From an uncultured Candidatus Actinomarina sp. (GTDB lineage Bacteria > Actinomycetota > Acidimicrobiia > Actinomarinales > Actinomarinaceae), in contig CACPJC010000004.1 of the NCBI GenBank assembly GCA_902634185.1, positions 1-64,000 on the forward strand: a stretch of DNA of 64,000 nt, read 5' to 3'. A program made the position numbers and the translations under genes. This document shows, one piece after another, positions 38,357 to 48,390 of this stretch (position 1 is the stretch's first letter; every line of letters begins with the position of its first letter). The notes beneath the pieces are model-generated. The model made no database searches. It worked only from the letters and a program-made list of their open reading frames with translations, and was not told the origin of the DNA.

Positions 38357-39241
38357 ATGAAAATCGAATCAACTTTTAAAATAAAAAAAGGTTTAGCTGA
38401 AATGCTAAAAGGTGGCGTGATAATGGACGTCGTCAATGCAGAACAAGCAGTTATAGCCGAAAAATCAGGTGCCGTAGCTGTTATGGCATTAGAGAGAATT
38501 CCTGCTGATATTCGTGCAGAAGGTGGCGTTGCAAGGATGTCGTCAGTTGAGACAATTCAAGAAGTAATAGATTCAGTATCAATACCAGTTATGGCAAAAG
38601 CTCGTATTGGACATTTTGTTGAAGCGCAAATGTTAGAATCCCTAGGGATTGACTTTATTGATGAAAGTGAAGTTTTAACACCAGCCGATGATAAAAATCA
38701 TATCTATAAACATGATATAAAGACTCCATTTGTTAATGGTGCAACTGACATCGGTGAAGCATGCAGGAGAATTGGTGAGGGTGCAGCTATGATTCGAACT
38801 AAAGGTGAAGCTGGCACTGGGAACGTTATTGAAGCTGTAAAGCATATGAGAAGTATGACAGATGGTATAAATAAAATTAAAACATCTGATCAAAATGAAT
38901 TGATGTCATTGGCAAAAGAAATAAGAGCACCATTTGATGTCGTTAAAGAGATTCATGAGCTTGGTAAACTGCCAGTAGTTAATTTTGCCGCTGGAGGTAT
39001 AGCAACACCTGCTGATGCAGCATTGATGATGCAACTCGGGTGTGATGGTGTATTTGTTGGATCGGGTATTTTTAAAAGCGGTGATCCAAAAGAAAGAGCA
39101 GAAGCAATTGTAATTGCAACAACAAACTACAACGATCCAGAAAAACTCATAGAAGTTTCTAAAAACCTTGGTGAACCAATGGTAGGAATAAATATAGATG
39201 ATTTAGATGAAGCGGAGAAATTAGCTAAAAGAGGTTGGTAA
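38357..39241 (+). CDS. pdxS: PLP synthase subunit PdxS
   Basis: [33 protein letters not shown]. Confidence 0.97.
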   Translation: MKIESTFKIKKGLAEMLKGGVIMDVVNAEQAVIAEKSGAVAVMALERIPADIRAEGGVARMSSVETIQEVIDSVSIPVMAKARIGHFVEAQMLESLGIDFIDESEVLTPADDKNHIYKHDIKTPFVNGATDIGEACRRIGEGAAMIRTKGEAGTGNVIEAVKHMRSMTDGINKIKTSDQNELMSLAKEIRAPFDVVKEIHELGKLPVVNFAAGGIATPADAALMMQLGCDGVFVGSGIFKSGDPKERAEAIVIATTNYNDPEKLIEVSKNLGEPMVGINIDDLDEAEKLAKRGW

Positions 39242-39819
39242 TGAAAACTGGTGTTTTAGCACTTCAAGGTTCCTTTTACGATCACGTACAATCTTTAGAA
39301 TTTATTGATCAAGATTATGTTTTAATTAAAGATACTTCAGATCTATCTCATGTAAATTCTTTAATTCTTCCTGGTGGAGAATCTACATCCATGATAAAAA
39401 TTCAAGAAAATAATGATTTATTTTCTGAATTAAAGAAATTAATAGAAAGTGGTATTCCAACATTGGGAACATGTGCTGGTCTGATTCTATTAGCAAAAGA
39501 CGTAATTGATGGTGAAACCTCATTGGGAGTTTTAAATACAGTCGTTGAAAGAAATGCATACGGGCGTCAGAATCAATCATTTGAGGGACTCGTTAATTTG
39601 CTAGATAATAAAGAAATGTATTGTTTCATAAGAGCTCCCAAAATTCTATCTTATGAAGATTCAGTATCCCCAATAGCAACAATTGATAATGAAGTTGTCG
39701 GCGTAATAGAAAATAATGTTGTTGGTCTCTCTTTTCATCCGGAATTAACCAATGATAAAGTTTATTTAGATTGGCTAAGTAGTTTCCTAAAGGACGGTGT
39801 AAATGTCAGGTCACTCTAA
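39241..39819 (+). CDS. pdxT: PLP synthase glutaminase subunit
   Basis: LALQG, PGGEST, GTCAG, RNAYGRQ, FHPE. Confidence 0.95.
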   Translation: MKTGVLALQGSFYDHVQSLEFIDQDYVLIKDTSDLSHVNSLILPGGESTSMIKIQENNDLFSELKKLIESGIPTLGTCAGLILLAKDVIDGETSLGVLNTVVERNAYGRQNQSFEGLVNLLDNKEMYCFIRAPKILSYEDSVSPIATIDNEVVGVIENNVVGLSFHPELTNDKVYLDWLSSFLKDGVNVRSL

Positions 39820-40546
39820 GTGGTCAACGATAAAAAGAAAAAAAGGTGCAAATGATGCTAAAAGAGGAAAATTATTTGCCAAACTTATTAGAGGTATCGA
39901 GGTTGCAGCCAAGAATGGTGGTGCTGATCCAAATAATAATGCTGCACTTTATCAAGCAATTAGTAAAGCAAAATCAAATTCAGTACCCAATTCAAATATT
40001 GACAATGCATTAAAGAGAATGTCAGGTGATTCATCAACTGAATCATTTGATGAGATTACTTATGAAGGTTACGGACCAAATGGAGTTGCAATATTAGTTG
40101 AATGCGTTACTGACAATAGAAATAGAACTTCATCAGATGTAAAAGCTACTTTTAATAAATATGAGGGAAATACCGGTTCTCCTGGAAGTGTTAATTACTT
40201 ATTCACAAGAAAAGCAATATTTCAATTTGATGAATATAAAGAAGAGATAATAGATCTTGCAATAGATAATAATTGTATTGATATTCAAGAAAATGAAACC
40301 GGTGTTACATTTGAATTTCAACCTTCTGAATTTCAGAAAGTAGATCAATTATTTAGAAATTCAGGTTTTAATTTAGTAAATTCGGAGGTTGCTTATTTAC
40401 CATCCAGTTCTGTAAATTTAGATATAGAAAAATTTAACAGACTGTCAAAGTTGATAGAAGCATTAGAAGATCTAGATGACGTTCAGAATGTATATGCAAA
40501 TTTTGATATTGATAACAAACTATTAGAAAAAGCAATAACAGAATAA
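39803..40546 (+). CDS. yebC: YebC/PmpR family protein
   Basis: MSGHSKWSTIKRKK, YEGYGP, TDNRNRT, LEDLDDVQNV. Confidence 0.95.
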   Translation: MSGHSKWSTIKRKKGANDAKRGKLFAKLIRGIEVAAKNGGADPNNNAALYQAISKAKSNSVPNSNIDNALKRMSGDSSTESFDEITYEGYGPNGVAILVECVTDNRNRTSSDVKATFNKYEGNTGSPGSVNYLFTRKAIFQFDEYKEEIIDLAIDNNCIDIQENETGVTFEFQPSEFQKVDQLFRNSGFNLVNSEVAYLPSSSVNLDIEKFNRLSKLIEALEDLDDVQNVYANFDIDNKLLEKAITE

Positions 40547-40565
40547 TTTTAGCTACAATTATTGT

Positions 40566-40919
40566 GTGGTTAATAAAGCTAAAAAACAGGGAACTACATA
40601 CGAATCAAATATCGTAAAAAGATTGAATGAAAATTCAAATATGAAAGCTCAACGTTTTGCTGAAGGTGGCTCTAATGATTTGGGTGACATACAATTGTTT
40701 GTTGACGGAGAAGAGTATTTTATTGAAGCAAAATCTCGACAAAATCTAAATTTACATCAGTCACTAGGTAAAGCAATTGAAAAGTCTAGCGATGAAAATA
40801 CTGTCTTATTTTGGAAAAAACTGAAGAGACAGGGTGACAACAAGAGACGTACAAATGATGGAATGCCAGAAGTTGTGTCAATGTCATACGAACTTTTTAT
40901 TAAGCTTTTAAACAAGTAA
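40566..40919 (+). CDS. Hjc-type (phage/archaeal) PD-(D/E)xK Holliday junction resolvase-like nuclease
   Basis: KKQGTTYE (G..E), DLGDI, FIEAK, LFWKK. Confidence 0.72.
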   Translation: MVNKAKKQGTTYESNIVKRLNENSNMKAQRFAEGGSNDLGDIQLFVDGEEYFIEAKSRQNLNLHQSLGKAIEKSSDENTVLFWKKLKRQGDNKRRTNDGMPEVVSMSYELFIKLLNK

Positions 40920-41930
40920 TTGAACAAAACCCATATTTCTGATTTAGATTATCATTTACCAAAATCATCGATAGCCCAAGATCCATACAAAAATCCAGAG
41001 GATTCAAAAATTCTTGATGCAGAAAGTATGAAAATTCATAAATTTGAAAATATAGATAATGTAATTCCAAAACGATCATTACTTGTTTTTAATAATTCTC
41101 AAGTTAAAGATGTTCGAGTCAAAACAATTAAAAAACATACTCTCGGAAACGTTGAAATATTCATACTTAAGATAGTTGATGAATATTCTGCAGATTGTTT
41201 ACTTAAATTTAATGGAAAAAAGAATATTGGAGAAGAAATTGAACTTGAAAAATTCTCAATACATATTATCAAAAATGTAAACGATCAATTCAGAGTAAAA
41301 TTTTCTTTACCCATAGAACAAATAATCAGCAATTATGGATCCACTCCTTTACCACCATACATTGATGATATGGAATATAAATATAACCACTACAAGACTT
41401 TTTTTAGTGTGAAAGGATTTTCAGTGGCTGCATCTACAGCTGCTCTTCATTTTACTCCAAATTTATTTCAACAGCTTGAAAATAATGATATTGATATAAG
41501 TTTCCTTAATCTTGATATCGGCCTCGGTACCTTCAAACCGATTAGTACTGACTACGTAGAAGATTATGATATACATTCTGAAGATTATGAGATTAATAAA
41601 TCAACTTACCATGAAATAATTGCCAAAAAAAACAAGGGATATAATATTGTTTGTGTTGGTACGACAACATTGAGAACTTTAGAGCATGTATATAAAACTT
41701 CTACTTTTAAAGGGAAAACAAATTTATTTATAACAAAAGGATTCAAATTTAATGTTGCTGACTATCTAATAACAAATTTTCATGCTCCTAAGAGCTCTTT
41801 ACTTTCAATTGTTCAAACTATTTATGGCGATTCTTGGAAAAAACTTTATGCTTTTGCTTTAGAAAATAACATGAAGTTCCTAAGTTTTGGTGATGCAGTA
41901 ATGTTTAAAGTAAAAAACAATGGCATATAA
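40920..41930 (+). CDS. queA: S-adenosylmethionine:tRNA ribosyltransferase-isomerase
   Basis: DYHLP..IAQ, PLPPYI, SVAASTAALHF, VGTTTLRTLE, TNFHAPKS, SFGDA. Confidence 0.92.
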   Translation: MNKTHISDLDYHLPKSSIAQDPYKNPEDSKILDAESMKIHKFENIDNVIPKRSLLVFNNSQVKDVRVKTIKKHTLGNVEIFILKIVDEYSADCLLKFNGKKNIGEEIELEKFSIHIIKNVNDQFRVKFSLPIEQIISNYGSTPLPPYIDDMEYKYNHYKTFFSVKGFSVAASTAALHFTPNLFQQLENNDIDISFLNLDIGLGTFKPISTDYVEDYDIHSEDYEINKSTYHEIIAKKNKGYNIVCVGTTTLRTLEHVYKTSTFKGKTNLFITKGFKFNVADYLITNFHAPKSSLLSIVQTIYGDSWKKLYAFALENNMKFLSFGDAVMFKVKNNGI

Positions 41931-42996
41931 ATTAATTTCAAATGACAAAAATGCTCGTGCTGGGATACTTTCTATAAATAATATTGAAGTACAGACTCCT
42001 ACATTTATGCCTGTTGCTACAAGAGGTGCAATCAAATCTACTCCTCATCAATACCTAGATAAGACCTCAATACTTCTAGCAAATGCATATCATCTTCATC
42101 TAAGACCTGGTGCGGAGTTAATAAACGATTTAGGTGGATTACATAAATTTATGAACTGGAATAAATTAATACTTACTGACTCTGGAGGTTTTCAAGCATG
42201 GTCATTACCAACCAAATTATTAGATGATGGTATTGAATTTAAAAATGTATATGATGGATCCTTTTTTAAAATGACTCCTGAAGATTCAATCAATACACAA
42301 AATCTTTTAGGGAGTGATATTGCAATGATATTTGATTATTTAATTGATTATGACAAATCAGATGGTGATCAAATGAAAGCAATTAATATAACAAGTAAGT
42401 GGGCTGAAAAAGCAAAAAGTGTGCATAAAAACAATAAACAAGAGTTGTTTGGCATTGTTCAAGGAGGTTTAAATCTTGATTTAAGAGAAACTTCAGCAAA
42501 ATCAATGATCGAATTAGATTTTGACGGATATGCAATTGGGGGATTAGCAATCGGCGAATCAAGTACTGAAAGAAAAAAGGTCGTAGAACATTTAAATTCA
42601 ATACTTCCAATAGATAAACCAAGATATGTTATGGGTTTAGGAGACACCGTAGGTTTAATTGATTTGATTGATTCTGGTGTTGACATGTTTGATTGTGTTT
42701 GGCCTGCAAGACTTGCAAGGCATGGTAAATTAATAACTCGTAATTCATACATCAATATAAAAAATCAAAAATTTAAGAATGATGAAAATCCTATAGATAA
42801 TAATTGCAAATGCTTTACGTGTTTAAATTATTCAAAAGCTTACTTACGTCACCTTTTTACAAATGAAAATACAACTTCTTGGTTATATTTAACTGTACAT
42901 AATATAATTCAAACAGAACAAATTATTGAAGAAGCTAGAGAAAGTATATTAAACTCAAGTTTTGAAAGTTTTAAAAAGGAATTTATAAATGAGTGA
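41920..42996 (+). CDS. tgt: tRNA-guanine transglycosylase
   Basis: TPTFMPV, TDSGGFQ, GIVQGG, DMFDCV, CxCxxC zinc site. Confidence 0.95.
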   Translation: MAYKLISNDKNARAGILSINNIEVQTPTFMPVATRGAIKSTPHQYLDKTSILLANAYHLHLRPGAELINDLGGLHKFMNWNKLILTDSGGFQAWSLPTKLLDDGIEFKNVYDGSFFKMTPEDSINTQNLLGSDIAMIFDYLIDYDKSDGDQMKAINITSKWAEKAKSVHKNNKQELFGIVQGGLNLDLRETSAKSMIELDFDGYAIGGLAIGESSTERKKVVEHLNSILPIDKPRYVMGLGDTVGLIDLIDSGVDMFDCVWPARLARHGKLITRNSYINIKNQKFKNDENPIDNNCKCFTCLNYSKAYLRHLFTNENTTSWLYLTVHNIIQTEQIIEEARESILNSSFESFKKEFINE

Positions 42997-43240
42997 CATA
43001 GTATCTTTATTGCCCTTAGTTTTTGTATTTGTAGTATTTTATGCAGTTTTATACTTACCTCAACGAAGACGAAATAAAAAACACAAAGAATTTGTTGAAA
43101 ACTTAAAAATCGGTGAGGATGTAATTACAGATTCAGGTATTTATGGGAGAGTTACCTCTATTAGTGATGATACAGTTACATTAGTTCTCAAAAATGGTGA
43201 AATAAAAATTAAAACATCATTTATTAACAGTATTTCATGA
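42989..43240 (+). CDS. yajC: Preprotein translocase subunit YajC
   Basis: TM helix, PQRRR, GEDVITDSGIYG. Confidence 0.88.
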   Translation: MSDIVSLLPLVFVFVVFYAVLYLPQRRRNKKHKEFVENLKIGEDVITDSGIYGRVTSISDDTVTLVLKNGEIKIKTSFINSIS

Positions 43241-44682
43241 GACGAACCTTTAAATTTCTTTTTCTACCTATCCTTGCTATTGGTTTATTTATATATGTTT
43301 ATCAATCATCTTTATCACCAAAACTTGGATTAGATTTACAAGGTGGAATCTCAGTAATACTTACAGCTGATCAGGATACTGATCCAGAAGTTTTAGAGAA
43401 GTCTGTTGAAATAATGAGAACAAGAATTGAAGCATTTGGTGACGTACAAGAACCAGAAATATCTATAAGTGGAAATAATGCTGTACTTGTTCAGCTTCCT
43501 GGCGTTACAGATCAAGAACGCGCAATTGAAGCCCTGGGAGCTACTGGCTTATTGACTTTTAGACCAGTACTAGCTTCCTCTTTTGATACTGGATATTCAC
43601 CTGCTTTTGAATATCTTCCAAATCCAGATGACCCTGAAAATCCTATTAAAGTTTCAGCACCTGGTGTTGATGAAGAAATTGGAATAACTTTAGATGATAA
43701 TCCAAATACTGAATCATACCTTTTATCTATAACATCAAGTTACCCTGTAATTTATAAATTAGGCCCAGCAGTCTTAACTGGTAATGATATTGAAGATGCA
43801 ATTGCAGCATATCCTGAGAATGAATGGATAGTTTCATTAGAATTTAAAGACTCTTCAGCAGTTAAATTTACAGATTTAACAAAACAATTAGCAAGAGAAT
43901 CTGGTGATAAAAGAAGACTAGCTATTGTCTTAGATGGTGAAATAGTATCTGCACCAGGAATAGCTTTAGACGTCAATCCTGATATTGGAATAACAGGTGG
44001 AACAGCAGCAATATCAATGGGAAATACGGATACAGGGGAATCAGCAAATAATCTTGCTGTAATTTTGAGATATGGCGCATTGCCAGTATCGTTTGAAAGA
44101 TCATCCATTCAGAAAGTTTCCGCAAGTTTAGGAGAGGACACATTAAATCTTGGGTTACAAGCCGGATTAATTGGTCTAATTATTATTTCGATAATAATTA
44201 TCCTTTATTACCGTTTTCTTGGTTTCATATCCGTATTTGGTTTATCAATGTTTGGACTCTTGTTTTATTCAGTAATTTCAGTTTTAGGCAATTTACAAGG
44301 GTTCACATTGACACTTGCAGGTATTGCTGGAATTATTGTTTCAATTGGTTTAGCTGCGGACTCTTATATTGTTACTTTTGAAAAACTAAAAGATGAAATT
44401 AAAGTTGGAAGATCTTTCGAATTTGCAGCTAATAAAGCTGTAGATGAATCATGGAAGACAATATTAACAGCTGATTTCGTTTCATTGTCTGCAGCCTTTT
44501 TACTTTATATCTTAGCTGTAGGACCAATACGTGGTTTTGCATTAGCACTTGGTATTGCAACAATTTTTGATTTATTGTTCACTCGTCTTTATACAAGAAA
44601 TGTTGTACCAATTGTTATATCAAGAATTAAAAATACTAGATTTTTGTTTCCAATTAAAAACAAGGATATAACCAATGTTTAA
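43237..44682 (+). CDS. secD: Protein translocase subunit SecD
   Basis: LGLDLQGG, VQLPG, AIVLDG, GALP, LTLAGIAG. Confidence 0.93.
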   Translation: MRRTFKFLFLPILAIGLFIYVYQSSLSPKLGLDLQGGISVILTADQDTDPEVLEKSVEIMRTRIEAFGDVQEPEISISGNNAVLVQLPGVTDQERAIEALGATGLLTFRPVLASSFDTGYSPAFEYLPNPDDPENPIKVSAPGVDEEIGITLDDNPNTESYLLSITSSYPVIYKLGPAVLTGNDIEDAIAAYPENEWIVSLEFKDSSAVKFTDLTKQLARESGDKRRLAIVLDGEIVSAPGIALDVNPDIGITGGTAAISMGNTDTGESANNLAVILRYGALPVSFERSSIQKVSASLGEDTLNLGLQAGLIGLIIISIIIILYYRFLGFISVFGLSMFGLLFYSVISVLGNLQGFTLTLAGIAGIIVSIGLAADSYIVTFEKLKDEIKVGRSFEFAANKAVDESWKTILTADFVSLSAAFLLYILAVGPIRGFALALGIATIFDLLFTRLYTRNVVPIVISRIKNTRFLFPIKNKDITNV

Positions 44683-45580
44683 AAACTTATTTCTAGGCAA
44701 TACAAATATCGATTTTTACAATAAACGTAACTTGCTTCAGAAAATATTTATTGTTGAAATAGTTATATTTCTAACAGTATTGATATGTGCAGCTATTGGT
44801 ATATTAAATTTGAATTTTTCAATTGATTTTACAGGTGGTACAACATATCAATTAACAAGTGAGTATTCAAAATCTGATATAGATGAAGTACTAACTAACA
44901 ACATATTAGAAGTTTCAAGATATCAAACATATGAAAATTCAGATACTGTTTTATTCAGGGCTGTTGAGGGATCACAATCCCAAGAAACTGAATTCTTAAA
45001 TTATCTTGCAAATAAGTTTAATGTCAACAGTAATGAAATCGAGTTCCAACGTGTAGGACCAACATTTGGACAAGAAATTACAACTAAGGGAATTAGAGCG
45101 CTAGTAATATTTTTATCCTTTATAGTTTTATTGATATCAATTAGATTTCAGTTTAGGTTTTCTATAGTTGCTCTAATTGCTTTGATTCATGATCTTTTAA
45201 TTTGTACAACGATTTATTTATTATTGAATTTTGAAATAACACCATCCACAGTTATTGCACTTTTAACTATTCTTGGTTATTCACTTTACGATACGGTGAT
45301 ACTTTTTGATAAATTAAGAGATAGTCAAAGAATGAATAAAGAAAGTAATTTATCTATAAAAACTTTAAACAAAACGTTTAATGAGATCTTAATGAGAAGT
45401 ATCAATACATCAATTACATCAGCTGTGCCAATAGCTTCTATATTGTTTCTCGGTAATATAATTGGTTTATCTGGAACTCTAACCGATTTTGCTTTACCTC
45501 TATTTATTGGAATAATATCTGGTACGTACAGCTCAATATTTGTAACTATTCCATTTTTATCAAGGATAATTAATAAATAA
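44675..45580 (+). CDS. secF: Protein translocase subunit SecF
   Basis: IDFTGG, VGPTFG, HD, GYSLYDT, RSINTS, GTYSSIF. Confidence 0.93.
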   Translation: MFKNLFLGNTNIDFYNKRNLLQKIFIVEIVIFLTVLICAAIGILNLNFSIDFTGGTTYQLTSEYSKSDIDEVLTNNILEVSRYQTYENSDTVLFRAVEGSQSQETEFLNYLANKFNVNSNEIEFQRVGPTFGQEITTKGIRALVIFLSFIVLLISIRFQFRFSIVALIALIHDLLICTTIYLLLNFEITPSTVIALLTILGYSLYDTVILFDKLRDSQRMNKESNLSIKTLNKTFNEILMRSINTSITSAVPIASILFLGNIIGLSGTLTDFALPLFIGIISGTYSSIFVTIPFLSRIINK

Positions 45581-45601
45581 AAAAACTAGTACCATTAATT
45601 T

Positions 45602-47761
45602 ATGGTTAAAAATCTTGATTTACTTGATGCAGATGAGCTTATTAACAACCTGTATTCTAAATTTAAAAATGATGAAGAAATACTAAAAAAAGCATATTTA
45701 TATGCGTCCGAAGGTCATTTAAATCAAAAAAGAGCTTCTGGAGAACCATATATCACTCATCCTTTACAGGTTGCTACCTATTTAGCTGATTTAAGTATGG
45801 ATATTGAAACAGTTGTATCAGCTATTTTGCATGATTTAATTGAAGATACAGATGTTACTTTTAAAGATATAAAAAAAGAATTTGGAAGTGACATAGCAAA
45901 TATAGTAGATGGTGTAACAAAATTAGATAAAATCCAATATAACTCAAATGAGGAAGCTCAGGCAGATGCAATAAGAAAAATGGTTATTGCTATGTCCAAA
46001 GATATAAGAGTTTTAATATTAAAACTTGCAGATAGACTCCACAACATACAAACTATTCAGTATTTAGCAGATTACAAACAAGAAAAAATAGCTAATGAAA
46101 CATTATATGTGTATGCTCCACTCGCACATAGGTTAGGGCTTCAAAATATAAAACACATACTTGAAGATATATCATTTAGTTTGATATTTAAAAATCAAAA
46201 TTCTGAAATAGAAAATTTAATTGAGAAAACTGCTCCTGATAGAGACAAAAATATAAATAAGTCATTAAAGGTAATTGAAGATCTTTTGTCTGCGAATTCT
46301 TTATCTGCAGAAGTTGTTGGAAGACCAAAACATAATTATTCGATATACAAAAAAATTATCAATAATGGTTTAACGTTTAATGAAATAAATGATCTCATCG
46401 GTCTCAGAATTTTAACTGATGATGTAAAAAATTGTTATACAATTCTTGGTTTAATCCACGCAAACTTTCAACCAGTACTTGGTAGATTCAAAGACTTTAT
46501 TTCAATGCCAAAATTTAATCTTTACCAGAGCTTACATACAACAGTTCTAACGGAAACAGGTCAAAAAATGGAGATACAGATAAGAACTCACGATATGCAC
46601 TATAGAGCTGAATATGGAGTAGCTGCTCATTGGAAATATAAAGAAAAGCCACAAAATGATACACAACAATGGACAAATGCATTATCGGAATTGTCAGATG
46701 AATATCCTGATCCGAATGAATTTCTAAGTCATATGAAATTAGATCTTTATGAAGATGAAGTATTTTGTTTAACACCAAAGGGAGACGTAATTACCTTACC
46801 TCAGGGGGCAACACCTGTTGATTTTGCTTTTTCAGTTCATACTCAAGTAGGAGAAAAATTAATTGGTGCAAAAATCAACGGTAAATTAGTAAATTTAAGT
46901 ACAAGGCTATCTACTGGTGATACAGTCGAGGTGCTAACAACAAATGAAAAAAATAAAGGACCAAGTCGTGACTGGTTAACATTTGTAAAGACCTCAAGAG
47001 CACGTTCTAAAATTAAGCAATGGTATCAAAAACAACTTAAGGATGAAGATATACAAAAAGGTAAGCAGATATTAAATTCCTGGTTAGAAGAAAATGATGA
47101 GATTTTTAACTATTCAAGTAAAGATAATATTTTGAATGAACTTTTAAACATTCTTAAATATCCAAATATTGAAACGATTTATCAAAATTTAGGTAATGGA
47201 AACATAAAAATAAATAATGTTGGAAACAAAATCAGAAAATTTGTATTTCCTGAAGAAATTTCTGAGGAAGAGGATATTCTATCACCAGATAAATATCAAA
47301 CAAATGATGATCAGCTTGTAATAGTAGAAGGATATGATGATATAAAAGTAAGGATGGCAAGATGTTGCGTTCCTGTTCCTGGCGATGATATATTAGGTTT
47401 CATTACGATATCAAATGGAATATCAATTCATAGATCTGATTGTCTGAACATTAAGATAGATAGCTCCAAAGGTGAAAGAATAATTGATGTTTCATGGGGA
47501 TTCAATGCACAGACTGGATCAATTGTTTGGTTAGAAATAGAAGCTATTGATAGACCTTACTTACTAAGAGATGCAACAATAGCAATATCAGACAATGGTG
47601 GCAATATCCTTGTTGCAAAATCACTTACTAATAGCAAGAGAATAGTGACTTTATTATTCCAAGTTGAAATAAGTGGAAATGAACAACTTGATTCAATAAT
47701 TAGAGATGCTAAAAATATAGAAAATGTTTTCGACGTTCAACGAGCAAATCCAGGAAACTAA
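45602..47761 (+). CDS. relA: Bifunctional (p)ppGpp synthetase/hydrolase Rel
   Basis: GEPYITHP, intact HD motif (LHDLIED), KLADRLHN, YQSLHT, EIQIRT, TGS and ACT domains. Confidence 0.95.
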   Translation: MVKNLDLLDADELINNLYSKFKNDEEILKKAYLYASEGHLNQKRASGEPYITHPLQVATYLADLSMDIETVVSAILHDLIEDTDVTFKDIKKEFGSDIANIVDGVTKLDKIQYNSNEEAQADAIRKMVIAMSKDIRVLILKLADRLHNIQTIQYLADYKQEKIANETLYVYAPLAHRLGLQNIKHILEDISFSLIFKNQNSEIENLIEKTAPDRDKNINKSLKVIEDLLSANSLSAEVVGRPKHNYSIYKKIINNGLTFNEINDLIGLRILTDDVKNCYTILGLIHANFQPVLGRFKDFISMPKFNLYQSLHTTVLTETGQKMEIQIRTHDMHYRAEYGVAAHWKYKEKPQNDTQQWTNALSELSDEYPDPNEFLSHMKLDLYEDEVFCLTPKGDVITLPQGATPVDFAFSVHTQVGEKLIGAKINGKLVNLSTRLSTGDTVEVLTTNEKNKGPSRDWLTFVKTSRARSKIKQWYQKQLKDEDIQKGKQILNSWLEENDEIFNYSSKDNILNELLNILKYPNIETIYQNLGNGNIKINNVGNKIRKFVFPEEISEEEDILSPDKYQTNDDQLVIVEGYDDIKVRMARCCVPVPGDDILGFITISNGISIHRSDCLNIKIDSSKGERIIDVSWGFNAQTGSIVWLEIEAIDRPYLLRDATIAISDNGGNILVAKSLTNSKRIVTLLFQVEISGNEQLDSIIRDAKNIENVFDVQRANPGN

Positions 47762-47763
47762 GC

Positions 47764-48390
47764 GTGAATGATTTATTTGTTTTCACAAGTTTTACTACCT
47801 CTAACTGCTACATAGTTACGCCCAGTCTTTCCAATGGTATATCATACGTCATTGATTTACCACCTGATCTTGATCCTGTACTGGATTATATTAAAAAAGA
47901 AAATCTTAGTATTGGAGGAGCATTATTAACTCACGGTCATTTTGATCATGCCTTAGGTATGAATAGTTTTGATGGATCCATTTATATAGATTTGAACGAC
48001 GAACAATTAGCAAGGAACCCTGAAGAACAACTTAAATCATTTATGGGATTAAATCTTGATTCAATTACATATCAAGGTGAGTTAAATGAAGTCAAAAATT
48101 TAAATAGTAACGAATTAGTTGTGCACAGCAATCCTGGCCACACAAAGGGGAGTAGTTCATTTGAGTTTCCAAGTTTGGGAATAGTATTTACAGGTGATTT
48201 TATATTTAAAGATGGAATTGGTAGAACTGATTTATTAACTGGTGACACAAATGAGATGATCCATTCAATAAATAATGTGTTTACAGGATTTCATGATGAT
48301 TATATTCTCTATCCGGGACATGGAGATAAAGACACTGTAAAATCAATAAAAAACAACAATATTCTAGTGAGGGAATATTTGAATGATTGA
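47764..48390 (+). CDS. MBL-fold metallo-hydrolase (glyoxalase II-like)
   Basis: THGHFDH, PGHT, TGD, GRTD, PGHG. Confidence 0.9.
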   Translation: MNDLFVFTSFTTSNCYIVTPSLSNGISYVIDLPPDLDPVLDYIKKENLSIGGALLTHGHFDHALGMNSFDGSIYIDLNDEQLARNPEEQLKSFMGLNLDSITYQGELNEVKNLNSNELVVHSNPGHTKGSSSFEFPSLGIVFTGDFIFKDGIGRTDLLTGDTNEMIHSINNVFTGFHDDYILYPGHGDKDTVKSIKNNNILVREYLND

